This document shows positions 1-11,021 of a stretch of DNA of 64,000 nucleotides, one piece after another. The position numbers and the translations under genes are program-made. Below the pieces are notes generated by a model. It was not told where the DNA came from. It ran no database searches and saw only the letters and a list, made by a program, of their open reading frames with translations. The DNA is from Scenedesmus sp. PABB004 (taxonomy: Eukaryota), in contig JABVCE010000004.1 of the NCBI GenBank assembly GCA_014905635.1, positions 1 through 64,000 of the forward strand, read 5' to 3'. The first letter of the stretch is position 1. Each line of letters begins with the position of its first letter.

Positions 1-455
1 AAGCCGTACTGCCACCAGACCGACCTGCTGCCGCGGCAACTCGGACCCAGCTTTTGCTCCGACAACCCCTTTGTCCCCAGCCGCGACCTGGACGTCTCCA
101 TTGCCAAGAGCGGCCCCACCGATCCGCAGCTGGTCGGTACCGAGTTTGACTTCACGCTCACGGTGCGCGTGAGAAGGGCAGCAGCGGCGCCAACGACGTC
201 AACGTCACCGACGCGCTGCCCGCGGGGCTAGTGCTGGTGTCCGCCAAGCCGACAAGGGCAACTGCTTCTCCTCGGGCGCCACGATCACCTGCAACATCGG
301 CGCCATGTCGCTGGCGGAGACGGTGTTTGTCAGCGTGCGCGTCAAGGGCACCGCCGCGGGCTCGTGGACCAACGTCGCCACGGTCAACGCGACCGGCGAC
401 ACCAACCCGAGCAACGACCAGGCCAACAGCACCGTGCAGGTTGCCTGCCTGTCAT
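1..455 (+). repeat. Internal domain duplication, near-identical to 2378-2833
   Basis: Direct nucleotide identity apart from about 3 single-base indels. Confidence 0.9.
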
Positions 456-3400
456 GCACAACTTACGCTGAGCTGTGCGGCACCTTCAGCGACGGCTGCG
501 GCGGCACCATCAATTGCACCTGCCCGGCGAGCGCGCCGTACTGTCACCAAACAACCAAGCTGCTGCGTGCAGGGCTGTCGGGCTATTGCTCGGACCAGCC
601 TATTAACCCCACAAACCTGGCGGACGTCGCGATCTACAAAACAGGGCCCGGCTATGACCCGGTGCAAGGCCATGAGTTCAACTTCCTGTTGACAGTGCGC
701 GTGGTGGACGGCCTCGCGGGCGCCAAGAACGTTGTGGTCAAGGACACGCTGCCCGCCGGCCTCGAGCTGGTTGCGGTCATACCAGGTGCGCGCCGTGCGC
801 GGCCGTGTGGCAGCCCGTCACACGGGCTGCCGCAGGCGCACGCACCGCCTGGGTGGCCAGGCCACCTGACCCAGGCTGCTGGCGGCCAGCGACAAAGACA
901 AAGACAAAGATGGTTACATCTCAGGCTCGCGCCCATTGATCCCGCGCCCCTTCAGGGGGTGTCCCGCATCTTGTAGATATCCATTACATAATCGCCACCG
1001 AGTGCACTGCAGCGCCCTCCAGATCTGAGGCCTTGCTTGTCGCCCGCCCGCCCGCGCGTCGCAGACACGGGCTGCACCGTGCAGTTCCCGCTCATCACTT
1101 GCCCTCTTGGCTCAATGAGCCTCGCTGAGACACGCTACGTCAACATCCGCGTGAAAGGCAACGGGTACGGGACTTACACCAACCAGGCAGAGGTGTCAGC
1201 AACCAACGACCGCAATCCCGGCAACAACAAGAGCAACGCAACAGTCACTATCATTCAGGTGTGAGGGCACATCGGAACCCATGCGCAGCGTGGCAGTCTG
1301 CCGCGCTGCGCAGAGGAGGCCGCTTGCACGCCGCTGCAGTGCAGCATGCACACATGTGTGCAACTGCCCTCTTGCGCTCAATGCCCCAACCATGATGCCC
1401 ACAGAGTACGCCTTTCAGAGGCTCCGACATGTCGATCGCCAAGAGCGTGTCGTCGCCGTCGGTGCTGATCAGCAGCCAGGTCAACTACACCATCACCGCC
1501 ACCAACGTGGGCGCCGGCACCGCCACGGGCGTGATCGTGAACGACACGCTGCCGGCCGGTCTTGCGTTTGCCACGCCCCTGCCAGCAGGTGCGTCGGGTG
1601 GGGCGGGGGGCTCAGGCTTGTAATCCAGCCGCTGGCTGGGCCGCGCAGCGGCTGGGCGCGCGCGGCTGCCCGCCCGCCCCCCCCCCCCCCCCCCCCCCCC
1701 CCCACCCCACCCCTCAGCGCGCAGCTTGCTGGCGCCAACCACCTGGCTGCCGGCGCTTACGGCGTGGCGCGCGCTGCTCGCGCACGCAGGCTGCTCCCAA
1801 CGCACGCAGGTGCTCACGTGTGGTCCCAGCAGCGTGGCCGCTGGCGACAAGCTCACGTACCTGGTGCCGGTCAAGGCCGTTGCAGTGGGCAGCTGGAACA
1901 ACTCTGCGCGTGTGTCTGCCGACAACGATGTCAACCCATACAACAACGGCCCCGTGGTTGCGCCCGTCACAGTCACCCGCACGTGCGCGCAGTACTATGC
2001 AGACGGCAGCCGCTACGCCTGCAGCCCCGGCTCCAAGTACAACCCAAGCCAGGCGTCCAACCCCAACCCCAGCCAGCAGGCGTGCTGCGTGAGTGGCGGC
2101 CGGGCGCAGCTGCATTGTGCTGCTGCGGTCTGCTGCTGCGGTCGGCAGCTGCTGCGGCTGAGAGCTGCTGCGGCTGAGAGCTGTTGCGGCTGGCAGGACA
2201 GCCTGCTAGCGCGCCTGCACAACCAGCGCTCGTGCCGGCCCTGAGCTCACGCGCGTGTGTTGCTGCCGCCCTGCCGCGCCGCAGACGGACTGCAAAACGT
2301 GCTACGACTTCCCCGACCTGTGCGGCTCCTACGACAACGGCTGCGGCACCATCATCACCTGCACGTGCCCGCCCGACAAGCCGTACTGCCACCAGACCGA
2401 CCTGCTGCGCGGCAACTCGGACCCAGGCTTTTGCTCCGACAACCCCTTTGTCCCCAGCCGCGACCTGGACGTCTCCATTGCCAAGAGCGGCCCCACCGAT
2501 CCGCAGCTGGTCGGTACCGAGTTTGACTTCACGCTCACGGTGCGCGTGGAGAAGGGCAGCAGCGGCGCCAACGACGTCAACGTCACCGACGCGCTGCCCG
2601 CGGGGCTAGTGCTGGTGTCCGCCAAGCCCGACAAGGGCAACTGCTTCTCCTCGGGCGCCACGATCACCTGCAACATCGGCGCCATGTCGCTGGCGGAGAC
2701 GGTGTTTGTCAGCGTGCGCGTCAAGGGCACCGCCGCGGGCTCGTGGACCAACGTCGCCACGGTCAACGCGACCGGCGACACCAACCCGAGCAACGACCAG
2801 GCCAACAGCACCGTGCAGGTTGCCTGCCTGTCGTGCAACTCGTCCTACGTCGGACTTTGCGGCACCTTCAGCGACGGCTGCGGCGGCTTCATCACCTGCA
2901 CGTGCCTGCTCAGCAAGCCGGTCTGCAACAAGTTGCCGGGAGCACCATCGGGCGTGTGCGCGGACCGGCCCATTGACCCCACCGCACTTGCAGACATTGC
3001 CATCACCGAAACTGGCCCCACCACCACCCAGGTGATCGGCCAGGTCTTTGACTTCAAGCTCACCGCCACCGTGGTCGACGGACTCGACGGCGCCAAAAAC
3101 GTGGTCATCACAGACCGCCTGCCGGGCGGCCTCGAGCTTGTTGCCGTCAGGCCGGGTGCGCGCGCCGCGCGCCTGCGGGGCGCGGGCCGTGCAGCCAAGC
3201 CCTGGCCTTTGAGCACGGCCCTGGCAGCGCGCCACGCCTGGTCGCCCGCTGCCCCGGCGCCCGGCGGCGCGGCGCCTGCCGCCAATTGCCTCCGCTGCAA
3301 CTGTGCTGTGCTGCCGCCGCCGTTGCTGCGCAGACACTGGGTGCACTATTCGCTATCCTGTGATCACCTGTGCGGTCGGGGACCTAGCCTTTGCTGGGAC

Positions 3401-5253
3401 CTACTCGCTGGCAGTCACGGTCAAGGCGGCGCGTGCGGGCAGCTTCAACAACCGTGCCTCGGCCAACGCAACCAACGACCGCAACCAGGGCAACAGCAAA
3501 GCGGAAGCGCGTGTCACCGTGGTGCGCTGACCCGCGCGGGCGCGCGTGTGGCCGCGGCCAGTGGCTGGCGGACAGCCGCCCCAACTGTGTTGCTGGGGCG
3601 GGCGCGGCGCGGCGCGGCGCGGCGCAGCGCACCCTTGCTTGCTGCCCGGTCCATGCGCGCGCGCGCTGCTGCCGCTCACCCGCGGCGCCCGCCTGCCCCG
3701 CTCGTGCGTCCACAGGTTGGCGGCGCGTGCTGCACCAGCAGCGGGCGCTGCCTGGTGGTGTCCGAGTCGGCTTGCGTGGACGGCGTGTACAACCCTGGCC
3801 AGAACTGCGGGAGCGTGACGTGCGCGCGCAAGCCCACCATCGGCTCGTGCTGCGTGGGACAGGACTGCCGCAACAACTACACGCTCAACGCCTGCACCCA
3901 GGACGCGGGCAACTTTTACGCCAACCAGACCTGCAACTCAAAGACATGTGGCAGCGACCCGCCAGTGGCCCCGCGCGGCGCGTGCTGCCAGCCGGCTCAG
4001 AGCAAGTGCACGCCTAACGCCACGGCAACCTGGTGCCAGGCGCAGGGCGGTCAGTGGGCAAAGGACGAGGCCTGCACGGTCGCCGCCTGCCCTGCCGCCA
4101 TTGGCGCGTGCTGCGTGGGACAGGACTGCCGCAACAACTACACGCTCAACGCCTGCATCCAGGACGCGGGCAACTTTTACGCCAACCAGACCTGCAACTC
4201 AAAGACATGTGGCAGCGACCCGCCAGTGGCCCCGCGCGGCGCGTGCTGCCTGCCGGCTCAGAGCAAGTGCACGCCTAACGCCACGGCGGCCTGGTGCCAG
4301 GCGCAGGGCGGTCAGTGGGCAAAGGACGAGGCCTGCACGGTCGCCGCCTGCCCTGCTGCCATTGGCGCGTGCTGCCTCGCCAGCGGCGCGTGCGCGGAGG
4401 GCACTGCCAGAGTGTGCCGCGCCGACGACGGCACCTGGAACCGCGGCTTGACCTGCAGCCAGGTTGCCTGCCCCATCCTACCGGCGGCCACGGGCGCGTG
4501 CTGTGACTCAATCGCACGCAAGTGCACAGCGCCCGTGCGCGAGTCGGCTTGCGTCAACGGCACGTGGACGCAGAACGCGAACTGCACGGTGGACGTCTGC
4601 CCGGCGGCGGTGAGCGTCGGCGGCCTGCCGCGGGCTGCGCGCGCGCGCCGCCTCCCCAGCGCAGGTCGCGCGTGCCCGCCGCCGCTCGAGAACGCGCGCG
4701 CGCCGGCCCCCTACCGCTGCGCCGGCCCCCACCAGCGCTCACTTGCCCCGCCGCGCCGCCGACGCGGCCGCAGTTCTGCGTTCCCACCTGGCGGATGTGC
4801 GAGCCCTGCACGCTCCCCGGCTGCAACCCCTGCTGCGACAGCACGAGCGCGTGCAAGCCCGTCTACGGCATCCACACGTCGTGGTCCGCGTGCAAGCCGG
4901 GCGAGGGCTGCCGCCCCGAGGGCCAGCCCTGCGGCGAGTGCGGCGGCGGCGGCGTCTGCTGCGACGGCCTCACTTGCAAGTGGGACCACTACGGCAAGCG
5001 CGGCGTGTGCACCAAGCCGTTTGCGTGCAAGCAGATCGGCCAGGCGTGCGCCGCGCCGCGCGACTGCTGCCCCGGCTCCACCTGCGGCACGGACGGCAAG
5101 TGCCGTCCGTGCGACTGCAAGCGCAAGTGCCGCAAGCACGACCAGCGCTGCGCCGCGCAGCGTGAGGCGGAGTGCCAGATGCTCTCGGCCGCGGCCGCAA
5201 GCGCCGTGCTGACTGGGCCGAGCGGCGCGCTCATCCAGGTCGGCGGGCGCTGA
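1..5253 (+). CDS. Large multi-exon Cys-rich surface/cell-wall protein: several DUF11-like (OmcB-type) domains, GACC-type Cys repeats and C-terminal knottin-like modules; 5' end lies outside the window
   Basis: Repeated 'DLDVSIAKSGP...FDFTLTVRV...A.NV.VTD.LPAGL.LV...ITC.IG.MS..ET..V.VRVK....GSWTN.A.V.AT.D.NP.ND' units; 'GACC...C...C...G.W....C' repeats at 3717-4609; GT-AG introns. The first copy (1-250) has single-base indels relative to its twin at 2378-2630. Confidence 0.75.
3847..4368 (+). repeat. 261-bp tandem duplication of Cys-rich coding modules
   Basis: 'CCVGQDCRNNYTLNAC...AACPAAIGAC' occurs twice with few substitutions. Confidence 0.9.
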
Positions 5254-5404
5254 GCGCGCCAGTTGATCTTTGGGGGCGAGCGAGACGCGTCTGGGAACTG
5301 TCTATTTCAGATGCGTGCGAGCGGCGGATGCTCAGCAGCCAGGCAGGCGGGCCGCGGTCAAGGCTATCACGCGGCCCGCCTGCAGCTGGCGCACACGCAC
5401 GTGA

Positions 5405-5489
5405 AGTTGTTGTTGTTACAGGGGGTTTGAGTAGGCCAGGGAATAAGCACTGCTAGTGCCAGGGGAGTACGCGCGAGTACGAGGCCCCC
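5405..5489 (-). mobile_element. Short (about 85 bp) retroposed insertion with TGTAA(CAA)n tail
   Basis: Minus strand ends in TGTAACAACAACAAC; flanked by direct repeat CACGTGA at 5398-5404 and 5490-5496. Confidence 0.55.
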
Positions 5490-5716
5490 CACGTGAGAGG
5501 GGTGCGGCTGCTGCACCTGGGTGCGAGTGCAGCTCGCCGTGCCCAGCACTTTGGGCTGGGACCTGCACGTGCCTGGGCCCTGGTGGGAGTGTGCGGCGCG
5601 CGCATCGCGGCGCCTCGCGGCCGCCGCCGCGACGTCAGCCCGGGAGGCAGTCGGAGCAGAGTGACGCTGCCTCATGTTGCGCACGCGTCAGGTAAAGGCG
5701 ATCCTGGGCCTTAGCC

Positions 5717-6320
5717 TTAGGGACACTCCCAGCACCAGCACCAGCACGTGGGCTTGACCCTGGTGCTGGAGAGGTCGGTGTCGTTGGCGTCGCCGTTGGC
5801 GACGGCGTCCGACACGTGTGCCACAGCAGCGCCCAGCAGCGCGCGCCGCCAGCCGGCGCTGGCGGCGACCTCGCCCTGGAAGTCGTCCACCTCGGACTTC
5901 AGGCTGGCCAAGTCCGCGGCGCTGTCGGCCGTGTGGCGCCCGCCCTGCTGGGCAAGCCGGCGGCCGTTCCTGTTGGCCAGGGAGGCCTTGGCCTCGGCGA
6001 CCTCCGCCTTCAGCGCCGCCATCGACGGCATGTTGTCGTCGTCGCCAGCGTTGGCGGACGAGGCGCTCAGGGCGCGGCCTGCGCGCAGGAGAGTGCGCAC
6101 GGCAGCAGCAGCGGCGGCGGCGAGTGAGTGAAGGTGCCTGGATCCAGATCCAGGCGCGCGCTCAGAGCCCGAGCGCCACCGGCTGCGGCCGCTGGCGGCG
6201 GTCGGCACGCTGACCGCCCAGCCTCCCTGCCAGCCGCGCACCTTGCGCGCCGCGTGCGGCGGCCAGGAGGAGCAACAGGCTCATTGCCAGGGCGGTGGGC
6301 GCCTTGCGGGGGGAAGCCAT
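5717..6320 (-). CDS. Small secreted precursor-like protein (two exons: 6320-6242 and 6078-5717)
   Basis: Signal-peptide-like MASPRKAPTALAMSLLLLLAAARGAQG; phase-1 GT-AG intron joins in frame; RRLA and RRALL motifs; ends VKPTCWCWCWECP*. Confidence 0.7.
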
Positions 6321-6827
6321 GGTCACTGCCGGCGCGTGGGTGGACGACGCAGGGCGCGGGTGTGTGTGGCCCGGGGGAGCGCACCCGCCGTGCTTATCAA
6401 GAGCAGGCGGGTGGAGTGACGTGGGAGAGTGAGTAGGGGCCTTGAGAGTCGCCCGTGTGCGACAGTCGCACACGGTCGCCAGGCGAGGACTCCCGCCACT
6501 CTTTTGCGCGAGACGAAGCCGCCGACGCGGCGACCTCGGGGGCTGATCGGAAGCGGCCCGGCGCGTCGGCGGCCAGCGGGCGGGTGGCTGGGGCGAGCGA
6601 GTCACCGGCCGCCGCGAGTGAGCGCTGCTGTGATGGGTGGGGCCATCGCCGCCATCAAAAGCCGCGCAAACGATCGCGCGCCAACGTTACACGAGACGTC
6701 CCGCAGCAAATCAACAGCAACTGCCTCACTCACCGGCGCGCGCCGCGCACCGTCGCTGCTGCGCGCAAGCCACGCACGCAGCGCGCGAAGCTGCCTGCTC
6801 GCGCGTGGCTGCCCGCGCGCGCGCAGC

Positions 6828-7099
6828 TCACAGCTCCATGGCGGTGGCGGCGTCGCTGCCCCCGCCGCCCTCCCCCGCCACCGCGGCAGCGGCCGGCGCC
6901 GGCGCCGCGGGTGCCGCGTCGGCGTCGACGGGCATGGACGCCTCGCCGCCGCCGCTGGGCGGCACGCCCGATGCCGTGGGCTCCGCCTGCGAGCCGCCGG
7001 CTGCCGCGGCCGCCACGGACGACGACGGCGGCCGCCGCCCGCGCGCGGGCGCGAGCGGCCACGCGCGGGGGCTGCAGTTGAAGAGCAGCGCCTTGGTGA

Positions 7100-7138
<39 letters not shown>

Positions 7139-7327
7139 GAGGCAGGGCGGGTGCCCGAGGGCCGCGGGCCGCGCCCGCTGGCTGGCGGCGGGGTGGCTAG
7201 GCGGCGGCGCGCCGACGGCGCGGCCGCCTGGCAGCCAGCCAGCCAGCCGCGCCTGGTTGCTGAGGCGCTTGATCTGCTCCGTCAACAGCTTGGTCGTGTC
7301 ACGGCAGATCTTGAGCAGCGGCCCCTC
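6828..7327 (-). pseudogene. CSN5: 3' fragment of a COP9 signalosome subunit 5-like gene
   Basis: EGPLLKICRDTTKLLTEQIKRLSNQ|VTKALLFN resembles the plant CSN5 C-terminus (LAKITRD..K.T.EQ..GL.SQV.K..LFN). No AG precedes VTK (reads CCG), and the fragment is cut upstream by telomere-like repeats. Confidence 0.55.
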
Positions 7328-7349
7328 CTAGCCCTTCTAGCGCTTAAAG

Positions 7350-7416
7350 CCAAAACCCTAAACCTAAAACCTAAAAACCTAAAAACCTAAAAAACTAAAC
7401 CCTAAAACCTAAAACC
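7350..7416 (+). repeat. Degenerate interstitial telomere-like (CCCTAAA/CCTAAAA) tract
   Basis: aaaaccctaaacctaaaacctaaaaacctaaaaacct... embedded in GC-rich DNA. Confidence 0.85.
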
Positions 7417-7764
7417 GTAGCGCACGGGCCCCGCCCGCGCGGCGCAGCGAGCATCGCGGGCTCCCCTCGTGGGCCAGCCCAGCGGGTGGAGAGGCGTACG
7501 CGTGTAGGCTCTCAGCAGGGGTGCACACTTACATTACAGCTCGCGCCCTCACGCACGCGCGGCATGTACCACTGATCGCCACACGCCGCACAAGCGTTGC
7601 GCGGCACACGGCAGCACATCTTGTGGCCCCTTGCTCAGCCGCGGCGGGGCGGCAGGGCCGCCCGCGTCAGCCGCACGACGCCAGCACGCGCGCGATGAAC
7701 TCCACCGCCGGCGCGTCGGCGAGCGGTGGAGGCGCCCGCGCTAAGCGAAGCCGCCCCCGGCCGC

Positions 7765-8926
7765 TCACACGAGCGTCCGCTGAATGAAGTTGGCAAACTT
7801 GGACGTGCTGCTATAGCTATACGCCACGTCCTGCTCCTGCAGCAACGCCTCCAGCCGCGCGCGCAGCGCCTCGGGCTTGTCCTGCGGCGGGCGCATGACG
7901 CAGCGGCGGCCCCGGGCTGACTCAGCGGTCGGTCATGGCATGACAGGGCAGTGCCCGCAGCCACGCGCACCGTCTCCGCCTCGAGCTCGTAGAGGGTGCC
8001 CCACTCATAGCGCGTGGCGTCCAGCTCGAGCGTGAAGCCCTCCCACGCGACCTCCTGCCGCGTGTTCTCAAAGCCGCCCAACGAAACCAGCGCAGTCAGG
8101 CCGTACTGCCTGCGCGACGGCGGCGGCGGCAGGGCAAATCCAGAGCGAATCAGGCCGCCGCTCTGCCGCTGACTGGTGCGGGGTTGCGCACGCCGCGGCG
8201 GGCGACGCGAGCCCGCGGGCACGTCACGCCACGCCCGTCGGCGCGGGACGCCCCCGCCACTAGCTGAGCTAGCTGAGCTGCCTGCCGCACGCGCCGGCGC
8301 CGCGCCGGCGCCGCGCCAGGCGCACGCACCTCGCGAGGCGGCGTATGATGTCGCTGTCGAGGTCCAGCAGCGCCGAGGGCTGCACCAGGTACGCGCGCGC
8401 CGCGGCGGCGTCCGGCAGCGTCTCCTCCTCCTCGCTCGCGCGCGCAATGCCGTCCACAAGCACCTGCTCACCCTTGAGCGTCAACACGGCGCGCCTGTCG
8501 GCGTCGTAGAAGCGCAGCCGCAGCACCACGCGCCGGCTGTTGAGCTCGCCGCCCGGGCCGTCAAAGAAGTAGTTCTCCTGCGGGGCGCAGGGTTCAGGGC
8601 CGCTTCCGCAACCCCCGCCGCAGCCGCCGCGGTGGTCGCACAGAGCATGTGCAGCGCCCGCCGCACCGCCCGCAAACCTGCTGGTGCGTCGCGACCAAGC
8701 CCGGCGCCAGCAGCTGCTCCAGCTTGCTGTGGGCCTCCGGCCCCGGCAAGCGCAGCTTCACCTCAACCTGGGCCGTGGCGCGCGGCAGCCGCGCGACGGG
8801 CGGCGAGGCAATGAATGAGCGTGTCCCTCCAGCCGCCCGACGTGCACGCGCGCGCCCCTGCGCCTGAGCGGCCCCGCGCCCCTGCGAGCGCGCCTGCCGC
8901 CGGCGCTGCGTGCGGCGCACCTCCAT
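7765..8926 (-). CDS. TTM3: CYTH-domain triphosphate tunnel metalloenzyme 3
   Basis: Spliced ME|VEVKLRLP (ExExK motif)...QENYFFDG...LRLRFY...TLKG...LELDATRYEWGTLYELEAET...SYSSTSKFANF. Confidence 0.9.
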
Positions 8927-8955
8927 CGCGCCGCTGCCGGCCGCGGCCCCGGCCG

Positions 8956-9312
8956 CTACTTGCACAGGCCGATGCGCGCGTCCCGCGCCGCCTTGCTGCC
9001 CTGTGGCTTCTGCTGGCGGGGGCGCGCGCGGCGGTGCGCGCCTGACGACGCCGCTGCAAGGGCCGCCGCGCGCACCGCAGCGGCGCTGCCGCGGCCGCGC
9101 ACCTGCGGGTCGCCCTGCACTGCGCCGCCTGGCTGCTGCTGCGCCAGGGCTTGCTGCCGCGTGAGCGCCTCGTACTGCGGCGGCGCGCAGCGGAGCAGAC
9201 AGTTGGCAGCGAGCAGCGGACCCGCCATCCGCCTAGCCGGCTGGAGGCGCTGGCGCACCTCCTCCTTGTCCTCTGGCTTGAGCTCGATGCGGGTGGGCTT
9301 GCGTGGCAGCAT
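8956..9312 (-). CDS. CDC26: Anaphase-promoting complex subunit CDC26 (APC12)
   Basis: MLPRKPTRIELKPEDKEE|YE... N-terminal signature and C-terminal 'RIGL' as in plant CDC26; intron 9258-9175. Confidence 0.88.
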   Translation of the reverse strand: MLPRKPTRIELKPEDKEEVRQRLQPARRMAGPLLAANCLLRCAPPQYEALTRQQALAQQQPGGAVQGDPQVRGRGSAAAVRAAALAAASSGAHRRARPRQQKPQGSKAARDARIGLCK

Positions 9313-9590
9313 CAGACAGCCGCATCAACCGGGTTGCCAGCGCGAGCAGCGGCGGCAGCAGCGGCGGCAGGAGCGGCGGCAGCGACGGCGGCGCAGCGGC
9401 GAGCGCCCGGCGCTGCGGCGGGGGCTAACCGAGACGCGGCGCAGCGCGCGGTAGGCCGGCGGCTAGCCACAGGCTGTGGCCCACAGCATTGGCGCCAGAG
9501 AACCGCCGCCGGTTGACGAGCGGCGGCGCGGAGCACAGCCCGCAGCGCGGGTGTTTTTGACTGTGCGCCCGCGGAAGAAGTCCCGCCAAC

Positions 9591-10857
9591 ATGGAGGCTG
9601 ATCGCCTGCTCGCGGCGGCCCTGCAGGTGCCGCGCGGCGGTTGGCAGCGGCACCGCCGCTGCCGGCGGCAGCGGCAGGCGGTGTCAGGCGGCAGCGCTGC
9701 CGCTTGGCGGCGGTGCGCGCCCCGGCGGCGGTGCTCGTGCCCCAGACACCGCCTGCCCCTGCCCCTGCCCCCGCAGGCCGAGGAGGACGCAGCGGCGGCG
9801 CGGGAGGCGGGCCGGCCGCCGGACGAGCAGGCACGGCTCGTGGCGGAGCTCAACGCCGGCGTGGCCAAGGCGCTGTCTGTGCGTGCGGCCGCTGCGCGCA
9901 GCCGGCTGGCGCTGCCGGCGGCCCGCGCGCTGAGCGCCCCAACACCGGCGGCCTCCGCGCGCCAGGTGGAGGATGCGTCGGCGCGCGCAGCCGCGCTCGA
10001 GCTGATGCAGCTGGCAGAACTGCGCGCCGAGGCGGCGGCCACGGCGGCGCTGCATGCCCGCCTGGGCGAGCCGCTGCGCTGCGGCGAGGGCGACCTGGCG
10101 GTGCAGGGGCTGGCCGCGTGGTTCAAGGCCTCTTTCTTCACCTGGGTGCGCGGGCGGGGGCCGGACCACGGCGCGCGGGCCACAGTGGGGGCCTCCTGCT
10201 GGGGGGGGGGGGGGGGGCGCCGCCGAACCGCCGCCCCCAACGTCAGGTCGACCAGCCGCCGTGCGAGGTGTGCGGCGGCGGCACCACGCACGCCGGCATG
10301 GCGGCGCCCACGCCGCAAGAGGCGGCGCACGGCGCGGGGCGCGTGGAGACCTACCGCTGCACCGTCTGCTCCCAGGCAAGGCCCAGCCACCGCTGCCGCC
10401 CCGCCGGCGCGCCGTGCCGCTGCGGGCTGCGGCGCCTCTCGCTGGCTAACGCGCCGGCGCTGTGCGGCGCGCTGCCCGCAGGTGACGCGCTTCCCGCGCT
10501 ACACACACGCCGTCAAGCTGCTCAGCACGCGCCGCGGCAGGTGCGCGCGGCGTGGCGGCGCGGAGCTGCTGAACGCGCAGGGACCCTCGCGGTTCAGCTG
10601 CCGCGCCGCGCAGGTGCGGCGAATGGGCGCACACGTTCCTGTTGCTGCTGCGCGCGGCGGACTTTGAGGCGCGGCACGTCTCGGACTGCGCCGACCACGT
10701 GTGGTGTGAGTACTGGAGCGACGGGCTCGGGCGCTGGGTGCACGTGGACGCGTGCGAGCGCTCGTGGGATCAGCCGCTGCTCTATGAGGCGGGCTGGGGC
10801 AAGCGCATCGCGCACGCCTTTGCCGCGGGCAGGCACGGCGTCGCGGACGTCACGCGG
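9591..10857 (+). CDS. PNG1: Peptide:N-glycanase (transglutaminase-like core), apparently 3'-truncated
   Basis: WFKASFFTW, CxxC zinc pairs (CEVC, CTVC), RFPRY...TRRGRCGEWA, DHVWCEYWS...WVHVDACE...PLLYEAGWGK, DVTR followed by a GT donor with no evident next exon. Confidence 0.85.
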
Positions 10858-11021
10858 TGCGCGCCGGCTGCCAGGGGGCGCGGCTGGGATGCAGCGTGGC
10901 GGCGGCACAACCGCCGAAGAGCCTAGCAGGTGTCTCCATGTGCCCTGTGGTAGCCTTGCCCTTAGCCTTGTTTGCGTCCATAGAGAGCAAAACGGAAAAC
11001 GTCCCAGTGCTCAGCAAGTAT

